The notes below the pieces were generated by a model. The model was not told the origin of the DNA. It saw only the letters and a program-made list of their open reading frames with translations, and ran no database searches. Positions 19,404-29,287 of a stretch of DNA of 64,000 bases are shown here, in pieces (within the stretch, counting starts at the first letter, position 1; each line of letters starts with the position of its first letter). A program made the translations under genes and the position numbers. The DNA is from a virus. The stretch is from the IMG/VR virus record IMGVR_UViG_3300032251_000002, positions 33,609-97,608 of that record; one strand, 5' to 3'.

Positions 19404-19748
19404 TTATTTAATTTCAAGTTTATGTTTTTCTTTAAATGTTTTAAATGTACTAGCTTTTTCATTGAACTGATGAATTTTAATAAGAGCCTTCTCAATTATT
19501 TCCACCATTCTAGATTCTTCATTAACTGATGTAGATTGAATGACTGTAATTTGAACGTGGTCTTTAGTTAACAACTCATAAAGATATTCATTCTTTCCAC
19601 CTCTTAGTGTTGTTTTAAATATTACTTCTTTAAAATAATAATCATTATTTTCATGAGTAAATTTAATAATCTTATCATTATGTCTAATTACATACCCTAG
19701 AAATGTTGATGTCATTATATCTACAATTTTTTTATTTAAGTTGAACAT
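19404..19748 (-). CDS. Hypothetical protein
   Basis: 114 aa ORF with RBS. Confidence 0.6.
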   Translation of the reverse strand: MFNLNKKIVDIMTSTFLGYVIRHNDKIIKFTHENNDYYFKEVIFKTTLRGGKNEYLYELLTKDHVQITVIQSTSVNEESRMVEIIEKALIKIHQFNEKASTFKTFKEKHKLEIK

Positions 19749-19807
19749 ATACCTTTCCTTTCAAATTAAAATAGAGAAAGACTCAAAACGAGTCTTTCCC
19801 ATATTTA

Positions 19808-21772
19808 TTATTCATCTACTACTTCCATACCTATAGTTTTCATATAAATATCAAATATCATTTTAGTTCTACTTGACTCTCCTGTCTGTGGTATCTTCTC
19901 AAGGTTAAAGATATCATCAGTAAGTAAATGTTTAATTACTTCCTGTCTATCTTCTTGATTGATTGAATACTGTGACATAAGTCTTATTACATTCTTAATA
20001 TCATTAGTTAAGAATAAGTTAGTTAATTCCATCTCACCAATTCTTACAGGTGTCTTTGTATACAGAGATTGATGTAACTTAAATCTTGTAGACTTAGATG
20101 GAATGTTCTTTAAGTTAACATAACTAGAACTTCTAGCTGAGAACTTAGATTTTGGTTCATGTTTCAATTTTAAGAAGTATAAATCTCCCATGATAAGAGG
20201 TTGAATAATCTTCTTTCCTCCTACAGACATAGAATATGGTTTAAACTGTGGATACTTCTTATATAGTTCCCCTAATTGGTCAAAGGTTATATTATTGAAG
20301 AAAGGTGATTGATGTATGAATATACCATCTTCAAATATATCTTCCCAGAATTCAACAGTTTCATCTTCATCTAATTCATTATAATAATCTACCATGAAAT
20401 CATGTTGAACTTCATTTGCAGAGTTAATATAATCGAAGAACAGTTCAGTCATCTCATCAATACTTTCTTCAGTATTAATATCCCATAACTTTTTACATTC
20501 TCTCTGAATATTGTCAGATAAGAAGTTAATTTCTTGCTCATACATTTGAGAAGGATTAAGTCTGTTAATAATACCTAATGGATTAAGAACAACATCTGCT
20601 CTTTCACCAAATTCATTAACTGGCATTTCATCATCTGGTAGAATTAAAGATACACATCCTTTATTACCATATCTACCTGTTAATTTACTACCAATTACTA
20701 ATGGTTGCTCATACAATACTTTGAATTTAATAATTAAGTTATCAAAGTCAGAACCTTCATACTTCCAGTTAACATCTTCACTAATAATTTCTTTTGCTCT
20801 AGTATAGATATAACCAGCATCATCAGAGTAGTTTCCACCTTCAATAATAGGTTCTAATACTCTAACTATTTCTTCATAGTATGCTGTATTTTCTTGGTGA
20901 TACTTTAGTATCTGTGAATGATACATGTGTTTTTCTAATCTCTCATTAGTTGTATTACAGAATATATCTATATCAACTATAGTTCCTTTTGAGTAGAAAG
21001 GTGTGTCTGTAGAATAATTTACTTTCATTAAATTCTGAACTGAACCATCATAAAGTATACTATCGTAGTTAATTCTTCTTCTTGAGGAAACTATTGAATT
21101 AACAATATCTTCTCCAATATCTGGGAAACATTTGTAATTATCTTTATCTCCATACAGATTACATAACATGTCATTTGTATTTAGAGTGATAACTACGTCA
21201 TCAACTGTAAATGAAGATAAACGGTCTCTAGCAGATTCTGAAACCACTATTGCATCCTCATAAGTCATATTTTTCCAAGGAAGATATACTGATTTAAGAT
21301 TAAGACCAAAACCAAAGTTTAAATCTTTATCATAAGCAGTACTTCTAAAGATGACATCTTCATCAGCAATTCCATCACCAACTTCTTTACCTTTTAAGCC
21401 ATCATTCTCTAAAGTGTAACCATATCTTTCAGTTACTCTCTCACATGGCTTTTCATAGACTACGTCTACTAGTCCATTCTCATCTTGAAGTACAAATAGT
21501 GAATTCATTGCATTCTTATTAATCTTAGCAATAATATTCCAATCTCTATCCGACTTTCTATAAGATGAACTATATTTTCCTACCATGTTTTCAAAATTAG
21601 TAAATACTCTAGCTCGTTGAGTATCCTTTAATACTAATGATTGAACTACATGAGAGTCAAACATATTGGTTCTACTGGAATCAGTTTTATCTACATTGGG
21701 AATTAAGACTTCTTCTGCAAGAAAATCATGTTTATTATCAAACTTTCCAATGTCTACCACCTTTGTTTCCAT
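19808..21772 (-). CDS. Non-virion RNA polymerase beta subunit, C-terminal part (AR9 gp089-like)
   Basis: YEDAIVVSES, GSKLTGRYGNKG, NPLGIINRLNPSQ, YFLKLKH, RIGEME. Confidence 0.93.
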   Translation of the reverse strand: METKVVDIGKFDNKHDFLAEEVLIPNVDKTDSSRTNMFDSHVVQSLVLKDTQRARVFTNFENMVGKYSSSYRKSDRDWNIIAKINKNAMNSLFVLQDENGLVDVVYEKPCERVTERYGYTLENDGLKGKEVGDGIADEDVIFRSTAYDKDLNFGFGLNLKSVYLPWKNMTYEDAIVVSESARDRLSSFTVDDVVITLNTNDMLCNLYGDKDNYKCFPDIGEDIVNSIVSSRRRINYDSILYDGSVQNLMKVNYSTDTPFYSKGTIVDIDIFCNTTNERLEKHMYHSQILKYHQENTAYYEEIVRVLEPIIEGGNYSDDAGYIYTRAKEIISEDVNWKYEGSDFDNLIIKFKVLYEQPLVIGSKLTGRYGNKGCVSLILPDDEMPVNEFGERADVVLNPLGIINRLNPSQMYEQEINFLSDNIQRECKKLWDINTEESIDEMTELFFDYINSANEVQHDFMVDYYNELDEDETVEFWEDIFEDGIFIHQSPFFNNITFDQLGELYKKYPQFKPYSMSVGGKKIIQPLIMGDLYFLKLKHEPKSKFSARSSSYVNLKNIPSKSTRFKLHQSLYTKTPVRIGEMELTNLFLTNDIKNVIRLMSQYSINQEDRQEVIKHLLTDDIFNLEKIPQTGESSRTKMIFDIYMKTIGMEVVDE

Positions 21773-21802
21773 ACATTGCCCTCCTTATTTTGTATAAATT
21801 TT

Positions 21803-21826
21803 TGTCATAGCTATAATATATACTTA
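21803..21826 (-). promoter_or_regulatory. Early-type promoter
   Basis: TAAGTATATATTATAGCTATGACA upstream of nvRNAP beta-C. Confidence 0.7.
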
Positions 21827-21874
21827 TAAAATGAACTAGCTGAAAGGAGATAGTCTCCCTTCAGCCAATTTAAA

Positions 21875-23149
21875 TTATTCTACTTCAACCCAATCTTCAC
21901 CATCTTTGTAAACTTGAGTGTAATCACCATCTTCTTCATACCAGAAGTCTCCATCACCATCTCTGTAAACATTGTTCTCAGAGTCAATAAGTTTTAATTC
22001 ACCATCATCACTTTCTGGTAGCTCATTAAGATACTTCTTGTATAATTCTGCAACATCTTTATCAAATGCTTTTCTAAATTCTGGTACAGTATTGTACTTC
22101 TCTACAACTAACTTTTGAGAGAACTTAACTGTAGGAAGTGAATGTAAGTAATAACTTCTACCTGCACCACCAATAAGCTTAGCATCTTTAAGATTTACAT
22201 AGTTAGTAAGAATATTATTGATACCATTCTTTTGTTCAAATACCATTTTGAAAGTAAGACCAGCAGCATTACTTCTAGACTTAACTAAGATACCTGTCAT
22301 ATAGAAACCTTTAACACCAAATTCTTTATCTTCTTCAAGTTTAGAACTTGCTTCTAACTTAACAAGTGTATTTGATAAGTAAGTAACTGCTTTACCACCA
22401 GGGATAGAGTCATCTTGCTTAAGGTAGTTTACTTGAGCTTTTGTCTTAGCGAAACCAATTTCAATCTTCTTAGTTAAATGATTAACTAACATAAGAATGA
22501 TATTACCATCTTCCATTGGAGACATAACTCTTTTAAATACGTTTGTATTAACTTTTGCAATAGCTGCAGCACCCATAGAACCCTTCATTTCTTCAGAGTC
22601 TTCAATATCCTTTGGTGCAATTAATGCAACAGAGTCTACTAAGAAAATTGTAGGTGGTAATGCATAAATGATATTACCATCTTCATCAGTAGCACCAGTG
22701 TCTACTTTTAAAGCTTCATAATTCTCTTGCTTAATCTTTGCAATTGCCTTAACACCATCAAATAGTGATTCAGCATAGATGTTTTTTGTTAAATGAATGT
22801 ACTTGTTCTTAAACTTTTCTTTACTCCATCCAGTTAAAGCCATAACTCTTTCTGGTGAAGTCGCTCTCTCAAAGTCATAATGGAAAATAGTTGATTCATC
22901 AAATTGGTCTGCAATAGCACATGCTTGTTGAATAAGTTTAGTAGTTTTACCTACACCTGATTCTGCAATTGCCATGTATGCTTTACCTGCAGGTAAACCT
23001 AGTGAAATACCACCATCAGCATCATGTTTACCATTAATGTAATCGAAGATATCAATTCCTGTTCTGTAATAAGGTGTATATTCACACTCACTACCAAAGT
23101 CTTCCTTCTTCATTGCTTCTCTAAATTGACCCATTAAAATATTAGACAT
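21875..23149 (-). CDS. uvsX: RecA/UvsX-like recombinase
   Basis: Walker A AESGVGKT, Walker B FLVDSVA, IPGGKA; likely start ATG 23149 (AAGGAGG RBS); late-type promoter 23184-23195. Confidence 0.88.
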   Translation of the reverse strand: MSNILMGQFREAMKKEDFGSECEYTPYYRTGIDIFDYINGKHDADGGISLGLPAGKAYMAIAESGVGKTTKLIQQACAIADQFDESTIFHYDFERATSPERVMALTGWSKEKFKNKYIHLTKNIYAESLFDGVKAIAKIKQENYEALKVDTGATDEDGNIIYALPPTIFLVDSVALIAPKDIEDSEEMKGSMGAAAIAKVNTNVFKRVMSPMEDGNIILMLVNHLTKKIEIGFAKTKAQVNYLKQDDSIPGGKAVTYLSNTLVKLEASSKLEEDKEFGVKGFYMTGILVKSRSNAAGLTFKMVFEQKNGINNILTNYVNLKDAKLIGGAGRSYYLHSLPTVKFSQKLVVEKYNTVPEFRKAFDKDVAELYKKYLNELPESDDGELKLIDSENNVYRDGDGDFWYEEDGDYTQVYKDGEDWVEVE

Positions 23150-23358
23150 ATTATAATTCCTCCTTAGTTTATATGCTTTCATCTAATTACATGTTACATT
23201 AAAATTTAAAATAAAAAAAAATCTTATTCCATCAACGTAAAAGTAAAAATTAAAGAATTGTTTAATCGTATTTTAAACAATTAAATAGTGGTTGGTACTT
23301 TTAGCTTTTTTTATCTTATTGGCAATTAGTATGTCTTAAGTGTTACCTCCGTTTTATA

Positions 23359-23405
23359 TAATAATGCACCCTAATTCCTTGTTGGCGGAATTAGGGTGTG
23401 TTATT
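23359..23405. terminator. Long hairpin (terminator or part of a structured RNA)
   Basis: AATAATGCACCCTAATTCC-N8-GGAATTAGGGTGTGTTATT. Confidence 0.6.
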
Positions 23406-23414
23406 TCGTTCTTG

Positions 23415-23534
23415 TTATTTTGCACCAAAGGCAGCCATAGTACCATCTTCAGTCATCATACTTTTTTCTAACTCTTCACGAGTAGGCTTTTTAACCTCTT
23501 CTTTTTTAACTTCTTTAACATTATCTTTCTTCAT
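23415..23534 (-). CDS. Small charged protein (39 aa)
   Basis: MKKDNVKEVKKEEVKKPTREELEKSMMTEDGTMAAFGAK, AAGGAG RBS; below the ORF track cutoff. Confidence 0.55.
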   Translation of the reverse strand: MKKDNVKEVKKEEVKKPTREELEKSMMTEDGTMAAFGAK

Positions 23535-23547
23535 AAGATTCTCCTTC

Positions 23548-23862
23548 CTATTTTGTTTTAAGATATGCACAATCTCTCATTAATCTACTAAAATATAGTG
23601 GGTCTTCATTTTCTAATTCAGTTATGGTAGATATTTTATCATCCACAACTCCCTCAACAATTCCAGTAATGTCATAATAAATACCCTCATATCTAACCAT
23701 AAAATGATTATCTATGTTATCATGAACTATTTCAGTAAATCTAAATATATTATGCAAGATTATTGCAAAGTGATAACAGTTGCCTTGAGTAAATAGTTTC
23801 TCAGTTTCTTCAACATTAAATCCTTTTTTAAAATTATTAACGAATATTATTATATCCTTCAT
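23548..23862 (-). CDS. Conserved-looking phage protein, possible Cys-His-Asp (papain-like) fold
   Basis: GNCYHFA...HF...YYDITG. Confidence 0.5.
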   Translation of the reverse strand: MKDIIIFVNNFKKGFNVEETEKLFTQGNCYHFAIILHNIFRFTEIVHDNIDNHFMVRYEGIYYDITGIVEGVVDDKISTITELENEDPLYFSRLMRDCAYLKTK

Positions 23863-24224
23863 TATAATTCCCTCAATCCAACTTTATTACCACTTACAAA
23901 CATTTGAAATGAAACTCCACTATACTCATCTACCATAACATTCTTAGTAGCATCAACATTATCAATTTGAGTTTGAAGATTACTAGTTGTTGATTGTAAA
24001 GTATCTATCGATGTTTGCTGATTTCCTTGAACTAGTAAAAGATTATTAATACTGGTCTGGAAACTACTTTGTGTAGATTTAAGAACATCTATATCTAATT
24101 GTTGAGCATCTTGAATTGATTTATTAGTGTTAATTAGAGCTCTGTTATCAATTGAGAAATCTACAGTTGTATTAAGGTCTAATTCAAGTTTGAGCAGACC
24201 CTTAACTTGTGACTTTTCTAACAT
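23862..24224 (-). CDS. Coiled-coil, tail-fibre-associated-like protein
   Basis: Heptad Q/T/S-rich coiled coil. Confidence 0.5.
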   Translation of the reverse strand: MLEKSQVKGLLKLELDLNTTVDFSIDNRALINTNKSIQDAQQLDIDVLKSTQSSFQTSINNLLLVQGNQQTSIDTLQSTTSNLQTQIDNVDATKNVMVDEYSGVSFQMFVSGNKVGLREL

Positions 24225-24763
24225 TAAATCACCCTTCCTATTTTACGTTCATACTCCTTTCCAAATATTAAACATTTGTAAACTTGTACAAATCGTAATG
24301 GTTTTTCTTCATTGAACCAATCCCATCTAAATAGATTACCTAAATAAATAATTAATGGTGCAAAGATTATTGTCCATAACAGAATAAACGGTAATGAAAT
24401 TTGTCCCATTACATGCATTGGAATACTTAAATCACCTAGATTTAGGTACATTCCAGAATAATCCCATACATCTAACTTGAGCATTAAATTCACCACAATG
24501 CCTACAAAGAACTCTAGAACAGTAATTGTTATTGAAATTATGACTACTTCAGTTCTAACGGATAATTTAAATCCTTTAAACTCATCTAATAAATCACCTA
24601 TAACAAAACATATACCACCAGTTACAGCCATTGTCCAATGACTATCTCCATCATAAAGTATCTCCATTGCATAGTAAACGATACCACCTACTATGAATAA
24701 CATTAATGCTTTTAATAATTCTCTTATTAATTTATTCTTTACTTGTTTCATGTGTTGAACCAC
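24224..24763 (-). CDS. Multi-pass membrane protein (putative ABC-transporter type IV/CmpB-like)
   Basis: GGIVYYAMEILY..SHWTM, LEFFVG, VWDYS, GQISLPF. Confidence 0.75.
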   Translation of the reverse strand: MVQHMKQVKNKLIRELLKALMLFIVGGIVYYAMEILYDGDSHWTMAVTGGICFVIGDLLDEFKGFKLSVRTEVVIISITITVLEFFVGIVVNLMLKLDVWDYSGMYLNLGDLSIPMHVMGQISLPFILLWTIIFAPLIIYLGNLFRWDWFNEEKPLRFVQVYKCLIFGKEYERKIGRVI

Positions 24764-24774
24764 CTTTCAAAATT

Positions 24775-25353
24775 CTACAACCCCTGTGTTATTTCTAGAC
24801 CTTGCATTTCTGCTAAAAGACCCATATTGAAAGCTGTTTCTTCGTCAGTTAAAGGAAGTCCATAATAAATTGCATTAACTTCTTCTTTACTGACACATTT
24901 CATAACTCTTCCTTGTAAACTTTCACAATACAATCTACATGATAAAAAGAAACCTTTTAACTCTGTAAAGAATAAACTAAATTCTTCATAAGTCCAAATA
25001 TCATGTTGAGTTGAATTGTTATCATGCCATAGTGCTTTTACAATATCTGTTGGTCCAAGAGGAACACCAGCTAATGTCTTTTGTCTTCCAGATTCTAATG
25101 CAACCATCTGTTCTGAAGCATCTGAAATTGTATCTTGCATTTCATTATTAAATATAGAGTATCTTCTAGGTTCTCCATACTTAACACTACTTTCAAATCC
25201 AGCTTCTAACTGTGCTAGCTTTGAATAAGCTAACTCATTATACTTCTGCATTCTTAATTGGTCTAAAGTTAAATCTATAAGCTCATTATCAAGAATAGTT
25301 ATCTTTGTAACGTTCTTACCATCAACTTCAATTATTTCGGTATTAGTATACAT
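24775..25353 (-). CDS. DUF4376-like tail-fibre-associated protein
   Basis: LRMQKYNEL...SKEEVNAIYYG pattern. Confidence 0.55.
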   Translation of the reverse strand: MYTNTEIIEVDGKNVTKITILDNELIDLTLDQLRMQKYNELAYSKLAQLEAGFESSVKYGEPRRYSIFNNEMQDTISDASEQMVALESGRQKTLAGVPLGPTDIVKALWHDNNSTQHDIWTYEEFSLFFTELKGFFLSCRLYCESLQGRVMKCVSKEEVNAIYYGLPLTDEETAFNMGLLAEMQGLEITQGL

Positions 25354-25367
25354 AGTAACTCTCCTTT

Positions 25368-25772
25368 CTAAATAACTTCAAATTCTATTGAGTTTGATGT
25401 AAGATTAACATCAGGTGACGTTACTTCTACAACAAATATGCCAGTTTTTTGAGATACCATATTAATACAGAATGAATTGTCTTCTGGTGCTAATGCAACA
25501 GGTATTAACTGTAAATCTTCACTATCATCTTCTAGTATTTCTCTAATAATAACATTTAAAGAATCTAATGACGTTGAATTTTGAGTTGCAATTGATACTC
25601 CGTCATCAACTAATATTTTTTTCTTAACGTTAACATCTATATCAATTATGTCTCCTTTAGATATAGTAATTAAATCATTAACATTTAATAATTCAACAGA
25701 GTAACCAGTAGTATAAAAAACTTCTGAAGCTCCAGTTTTAACGTATATATCTCCATCTATTCTTACAAACAT
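25368..25772 (-). CDS. Hypothetical beta-rich protein
   Basis: 134 aa ORF in tail-like cluster. Confidence 0.55.
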   Translation of the reverse strand: MFVRIDGDIYVKTGASEVFYTTGYSVELLNVNDLITISKGDIIDIDVNVKKKILVDDGVSIATQNSTSLDSLNVIIREILEDDSEDLQLIPVALAPEDNSFCINMVSQKTGIFVVEVTSPDVNLTSNSIEFEVI

Positions 25773-25776
25773 TCAA

Positions 25777-26367
25777 TTACCCCCTTTCATTATATAATAC
25801 AGAAATATTAGAGTTAAAAGGTTTACCTTTTTTTCCCCAAGCTTCAATCTTTAAACTCTCATTAAACTCAACAGGTGAGTTTATTAAGTAAAGTTCTGGG
25901 AAAGGACTAACTGTTGGTAGAAATTTACCATTTATCTTACTAAATGATGAGTATGTAACATACTTACTTATACTTCTATAATATCCACCAACAATACTTT
26001 TATTATAATTATATGTACCTTGAGGAACTAATCCAATTAAACCACTATTGTTTCTAGAGTCAAATCTTAATTCAACTCCATCAATAGTTATAATAACATT
26101 TGAATCTGATGTTCCTTCTGCCATAAAGTATGCAGAATTTATAACACCTTTAGCATTGGTTAGATTAACTAGTGTAGTCATATATGAACCAAAACCAATT
26201 CTACTTTGCAATGATAATTCATTGATAAATTTCTTTGTATTTACTACAACTTCATTTTCAATATTATCATGCATATTACTAACAGCTTGCTTAATCTCAT
26301 CAGCAACTATTTTAGTTTGGTCTAGGGTTTCCTTATCAGCTATAAATATTATATCTCCCTTTGCCAT
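25777..26367 (-). CDS. Putative tail/receptor-binding accessory protein
   Basis: IADKETLD N-terminus; ITIDG...PVEFNESLKIE beta-sandwich-like C-terminus. Confidence 0.5.
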   Translation of the reverse strand: MAKGDIIFIADKETLDQTKIVADEIKQAVSNMHDNIENEVVVNTKKFINELSLQSRIGFGSYMTTLVNLTNAKGVINSAYFMAEGTSDSNVIITIDGVELRFDSRNNSGLIGLVPQGTYNYNKSIVGGYYRSISKYVTYSSFSKINGKFLPTVSPFPELYLINSPVEFNESLKIEAWGKKGKPFNSNISVLYNERG

Positions 26368-26381
26368 TTAAATACACCTCC

Positions 26382-26537
26382 TTATAATAAGTCAGCTAAC
26401 TTATCAAAATCTTCCATTAAAGAATTCTCACTAAGAATTCCATCTTTTATTTCTTTTTTAACTTTTTTCTTACTTTTCATAGAGGTACTGTCAATCTTAT
26501 TAGTATTGTCTACTATCTCTTTATCATTAGATTTCAC
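26382..26537 (-). CDS. Small hypothetical protein (51 aa)
   Basis: GTG start with GGAGG RBS overlapping the end of the Tad1-like gene; ends MEDFDKLADLL. Confidence 0.45.
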   Translation of the reverse strand: MKSNDKEIVDNTNKIDSTSMKSKKKVKKEIKDGILSENSLMEDFDKLADLL

Positions 26538-26925
26538 TAGTTCCCTCCACTTCTCTGTCAACTCTTTTATCAGTTCTAATTCTTAGAACCTTTAAACAAT
26601 CTTCCAGATGCTTAATAGCTTGTTCATTCTCATCACATTTGTAAGGAGATTCTTGAAAACATTGAAGACGTTTAACTACCATACTTATTAAGTCTTCGTT
26701 AGCAACACCATTTACACCATTTTCTTTAATTGGACCTTTTTGGAATTTAACTACAGAAACAGGTGGTATAATTTCTACATTTTCAAACTGTTCAGAATTC
26801 TGTATATGTTTAAGTGAAGGCTCTACAATAAATAAATGTGGTGCATTAAATTCAAACTTATCTGTATCTTCATGACTTATTGTAGTGTAGTTATCTGTTA
26901 AAAATTCATTAATTAATTTCTCCAT
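26527..26925 (-). CDS. tad1: Tad1-family immune-signal sponge protein
   Basis: KFQKGPIKE..NGV..EDL..V..RLQ.FQ..PY..EN..A..HLE...R..R..R.VEGT matches the Tad1 pattern as recalled. Confidence 0.75.
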   Translation of the reverse strand: MEKLINEFLTDNYTTISHEDTDKFEFNAPHLFIVEPSLKHIQNSEQFENVEIIPPVSVVKFQKGPIKENGVNGVANEDLISMVVKRLQCFQESPYKCDENEQAIKHLEDCLKVLRIRTDKRVDREVEGTSEI

Positions 26926-26934
26926 AATATCCCC

Positions 26935-27063
26935 CTAGTTATATTTTTTCTTTGATTGCTTTGTTTCTTTAATTTCAATTGCAATATATGCATCAGGCAT
27001 TACTGCATTAGTTGTACATAAAATTAAAGATATTAATAGTAATATTACTAAAACTCTTCTCAT
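26935..27063 (-). CDS. Small signal-peptide/TM peptide (42 aa)
   Basis: MRRVLVILLLISLILCTTNAVMPDAYIAIEIKETKQSKKKYN. Confidence 0.45.
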   Translation of the reverse strand: MRRVLVILLLISLILCTTNAVMPDAYIAIEIKETKQSKKKYN

Positions 27064-27111
27064 CTTTCCACCCCATATCTTTTTAATTTATAGTTAAAAA
27101 TCAACTTTTAT

Positions 27112-27318
27112 TTAAAAATTATCTTCTCCATCATGGACATATTCAGATATTTCATTTTCTTTCATAAACTTAGTAACCTTCTTTTTCAATTCAGTACCAA
27201 CTTCCCTATTACCTTTCTGAATTCTTTGTATGTTCCCTTGAGGAGTCGAAGAGTAACTTATGCCAGCTACAAGATGTTCCCTTAAAAATAAAGCTTTTTT
27301 TCTAACAGACATAAACAA
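27112..27318 (-). CDS. Hypothetical protein
   Basis: 68 aa, TTG start with GGAGG RBS. Confidence 0.55.
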   Translation of the reverse strand: MFMSVRKKALFLREHLVAGISYSSTPQGNIQRIQKGNREVGTELKKKVTKFMKENEISEYVHDGEDNF

Positions 27319-27323
27319 TCCTC

Positions 27324-27764
27324 CTAATCTTTATTAAGTACATCACCTATCATTAATTTAACAGTATCTATCATCTCATTAAGCATTCCATAGTTCCAAG
27401 GATTTCTCTTACCACCAGTGTATTCTCTAGCTAATCCCATTCTAAGTAATTTAGCATTAATAGATTCTGTAGATTCTCTATGTTCATAGATAGTACCTAA
27501 TAATCTACCATATTTGCCTGTATTACCATCTAACTTAGTTGTAATATATACATACTTACCTTCAATCTTTTGTTGAAGGTACGCTTTAACTGACAGACCA
27601 GCGTCTTTTTCTAAAAGATTCTTAGTTCTACATTCTGGTGTATCAATACCTAGAACTCTAACTCGTTCCTTATAGGTGATATCAAAACCTAAATCAAATT
27701 CAACATCAATAGTATCTCCATCTACTACTCTTAAACACATGGCTTTGAAATTATATAATTCCAT
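27324..27764 (-). CDS. Thermonuclease (SNase-like)
   Basis: RVVDGDT, RVLGIDTPE, GKYGRLL. Confidence 0.92.
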   Translation of the reverse strand: MELYNFKAMCLRVVDGDTIDVEFDLGFDITYKERVRVLGIDTPECRTKNLLEKDAGLSVKAYLQQKIEGKYVYITTKLDGNTGKYGRLLGTIYEHRESTESINAKLLRMGLAREYTGGKRNPWNYGMLNEMIDTVKLMIGDVLNKD

Positions 27765-27772
27765 AAGTCCTC

Positions 27773-29275
27773 CTATTTCTTCTCATACTTCTCTCTAGAT
27801 AAATCTTTCTTATTTTTATTCTTAAGAGTTCTATCTAATGCTAATCCACCTGTAACTAAATCTGTCATTATTCCAGCACCCATAAAGTATACATCAACTG
27901 TATTTAATGTTTGCTTATCACCTAAATCTGATTTAAGGTCTTTTAACTGTAAGTATCCTTGTTGTGATATTTGTTTATACATCTGCATTTTCTTTTTACT
28001 ATCATCAGCTCTTGGTCCAAAGAATTCTTTTAAAGCTTCCTCACTACCATAAGTCATTAAAGCATAGTTCTCTGCATCTGTAATTCTTGCAATCTTATCG
28101 TTACCAGTAACTTGATTAGTCTTCATATTTCTAGACTTAATGTCAAGTGAATAACTATTCTTTTTACTAAGTATCTGTTGTAATCTTCTAAGGTGAAGAT
28201 ATCCCACAGGTACTTTAGTTTTACTTCTAATTGGCTCGTCTTTATTACCATCATGTTTGTAGTAAACATACTCTTCAAGTGGAACGTTTAAGAAATTAGC
28301 AGCTTTCTTGATAGTCTTAAGGTCAGGTTCATTCTCATATGGAATAATCTCTAAATAAAAATGTTCATTTTCATCTTTCATAAACTTTTTAATCCATGTA
28401 GTAAATTGTGTATTACTCATTGACTTAAAGAAACCTTTATACTTTTCACCATTCTTTCCAGTTTTGTCAAGAAGATTCATAGTCTTTAATACCATGTCTT
28501 CAATCTTTTTTCTTTTAGAAGTAGTTATAGTTTGAGCTGCTTCATTAAGAAACTCATTACCATCCATAACATCATAGAATCCTTCTAAGTGAGCCTGTTG
28601 ACTCTCGGTAAGAATAAAATCTGAACTCTCAGTAATAAAACCTTCATCTTTTAACTGTAAGAAATACTTATACGATTTATCTCTACTGTCTAACATGGTG
28701 TATATTTTATTAAGTTCTAACTTTCTAACTTCTTCAGTCTCTTTAAGATGATATTTAACATAACCTTTTCTACCATATTTTTCAGATAGATGTTCATAAA
28801 CTCTTTCAAAATGTTCTTCTTCAGATAATTCTGGATTGTTATGCTTGCCAAAGTTATATGCTCTTTTAAACATAGTATCTAAATTATCACTTCTATCTGC
28901 ATCAGATACAACCTTACCATATAAACTTCTAGGTGGATGTTTAGAACTAGCTCTGTGGTCTTCACAAGCTTGTGCTATAAGTTCTATAGTATCTTTATCA
29001 AATATAGTTCTTAAGAATGTATCTTTTCTAACTATCTTACCAGATTCTATATGATGTACGTCTCTGTTCTTAGATAATCCTGTATCATGAAATGCTGCAA
29101 TAGTATACACTATATTCATATCAACATCATCTTTTAAAATCTCAGCAATCTTAAGTGAATCGTTTATAACACTTGTTACATGATTTACATCATGACCTTT
29201 ATCAAATTTTTTATACATCGGAATTATCTTATCATTGATGTATTTGATTAAACTTTCATTTAATTCGTTTAACAT
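27773..29275 (-). CDS. Fusion: HD hydrolase + virion RNA polymerase beta C-terminal subunit
   Basis: aa 1-210: H...HD...H...DAD HD domain; aa ~246-500: VPVGYLHLRRLQQ, ARITDAENYAL, PRADD resemble split beta C-terminus; linker has ITE/LTE/LNE. Confidence 0.75.
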   Translation of the reverse strand: MLNELNESLIKYINDKIIPMYKKFDKGHDVNHVTSVINDSLKIAEILKDDVDMNIVYTIAAFHDTGLSKNRDVHHIESGKIVRKDTFLRTIFDKDTIELIAQACEDHRASSKHPPRSLYGKVVSDADRSDNLDTMFKRAYNFGKHNNPELSEEEHFERVYEHLSEKYGRKGYVKYHLKETEEVRKLELNKIYTMLDSRDKSYKYFLQLKDEGFITESSDFILTESQQAHLEGFYDVMDGNEFLNEAAQTITTSKRKKIEDMVLKTMNLLDKTGKNGEKYKGFFKSMSNTQFTTWIKKFMKDENEHFYLEIIPYENEPDLKTIKKAANFLNVPLEEYVYYKHDGNKDEPIRSKTKVPVGYLHLRRLQQILSKKNSYSLDIKSRNMKTNQVTGNDKIARITDAENYALMTYGSEEALKEFFGPRADDSKKKMQMYKQISQQGYLQLKDLKSDLGDKQTLNTVDVYFMGAGIMTDLVTGGLALDRTLKNKNKKDLSREKYEKK

Positions 29276-29287
29276 AATTAATCCTCC

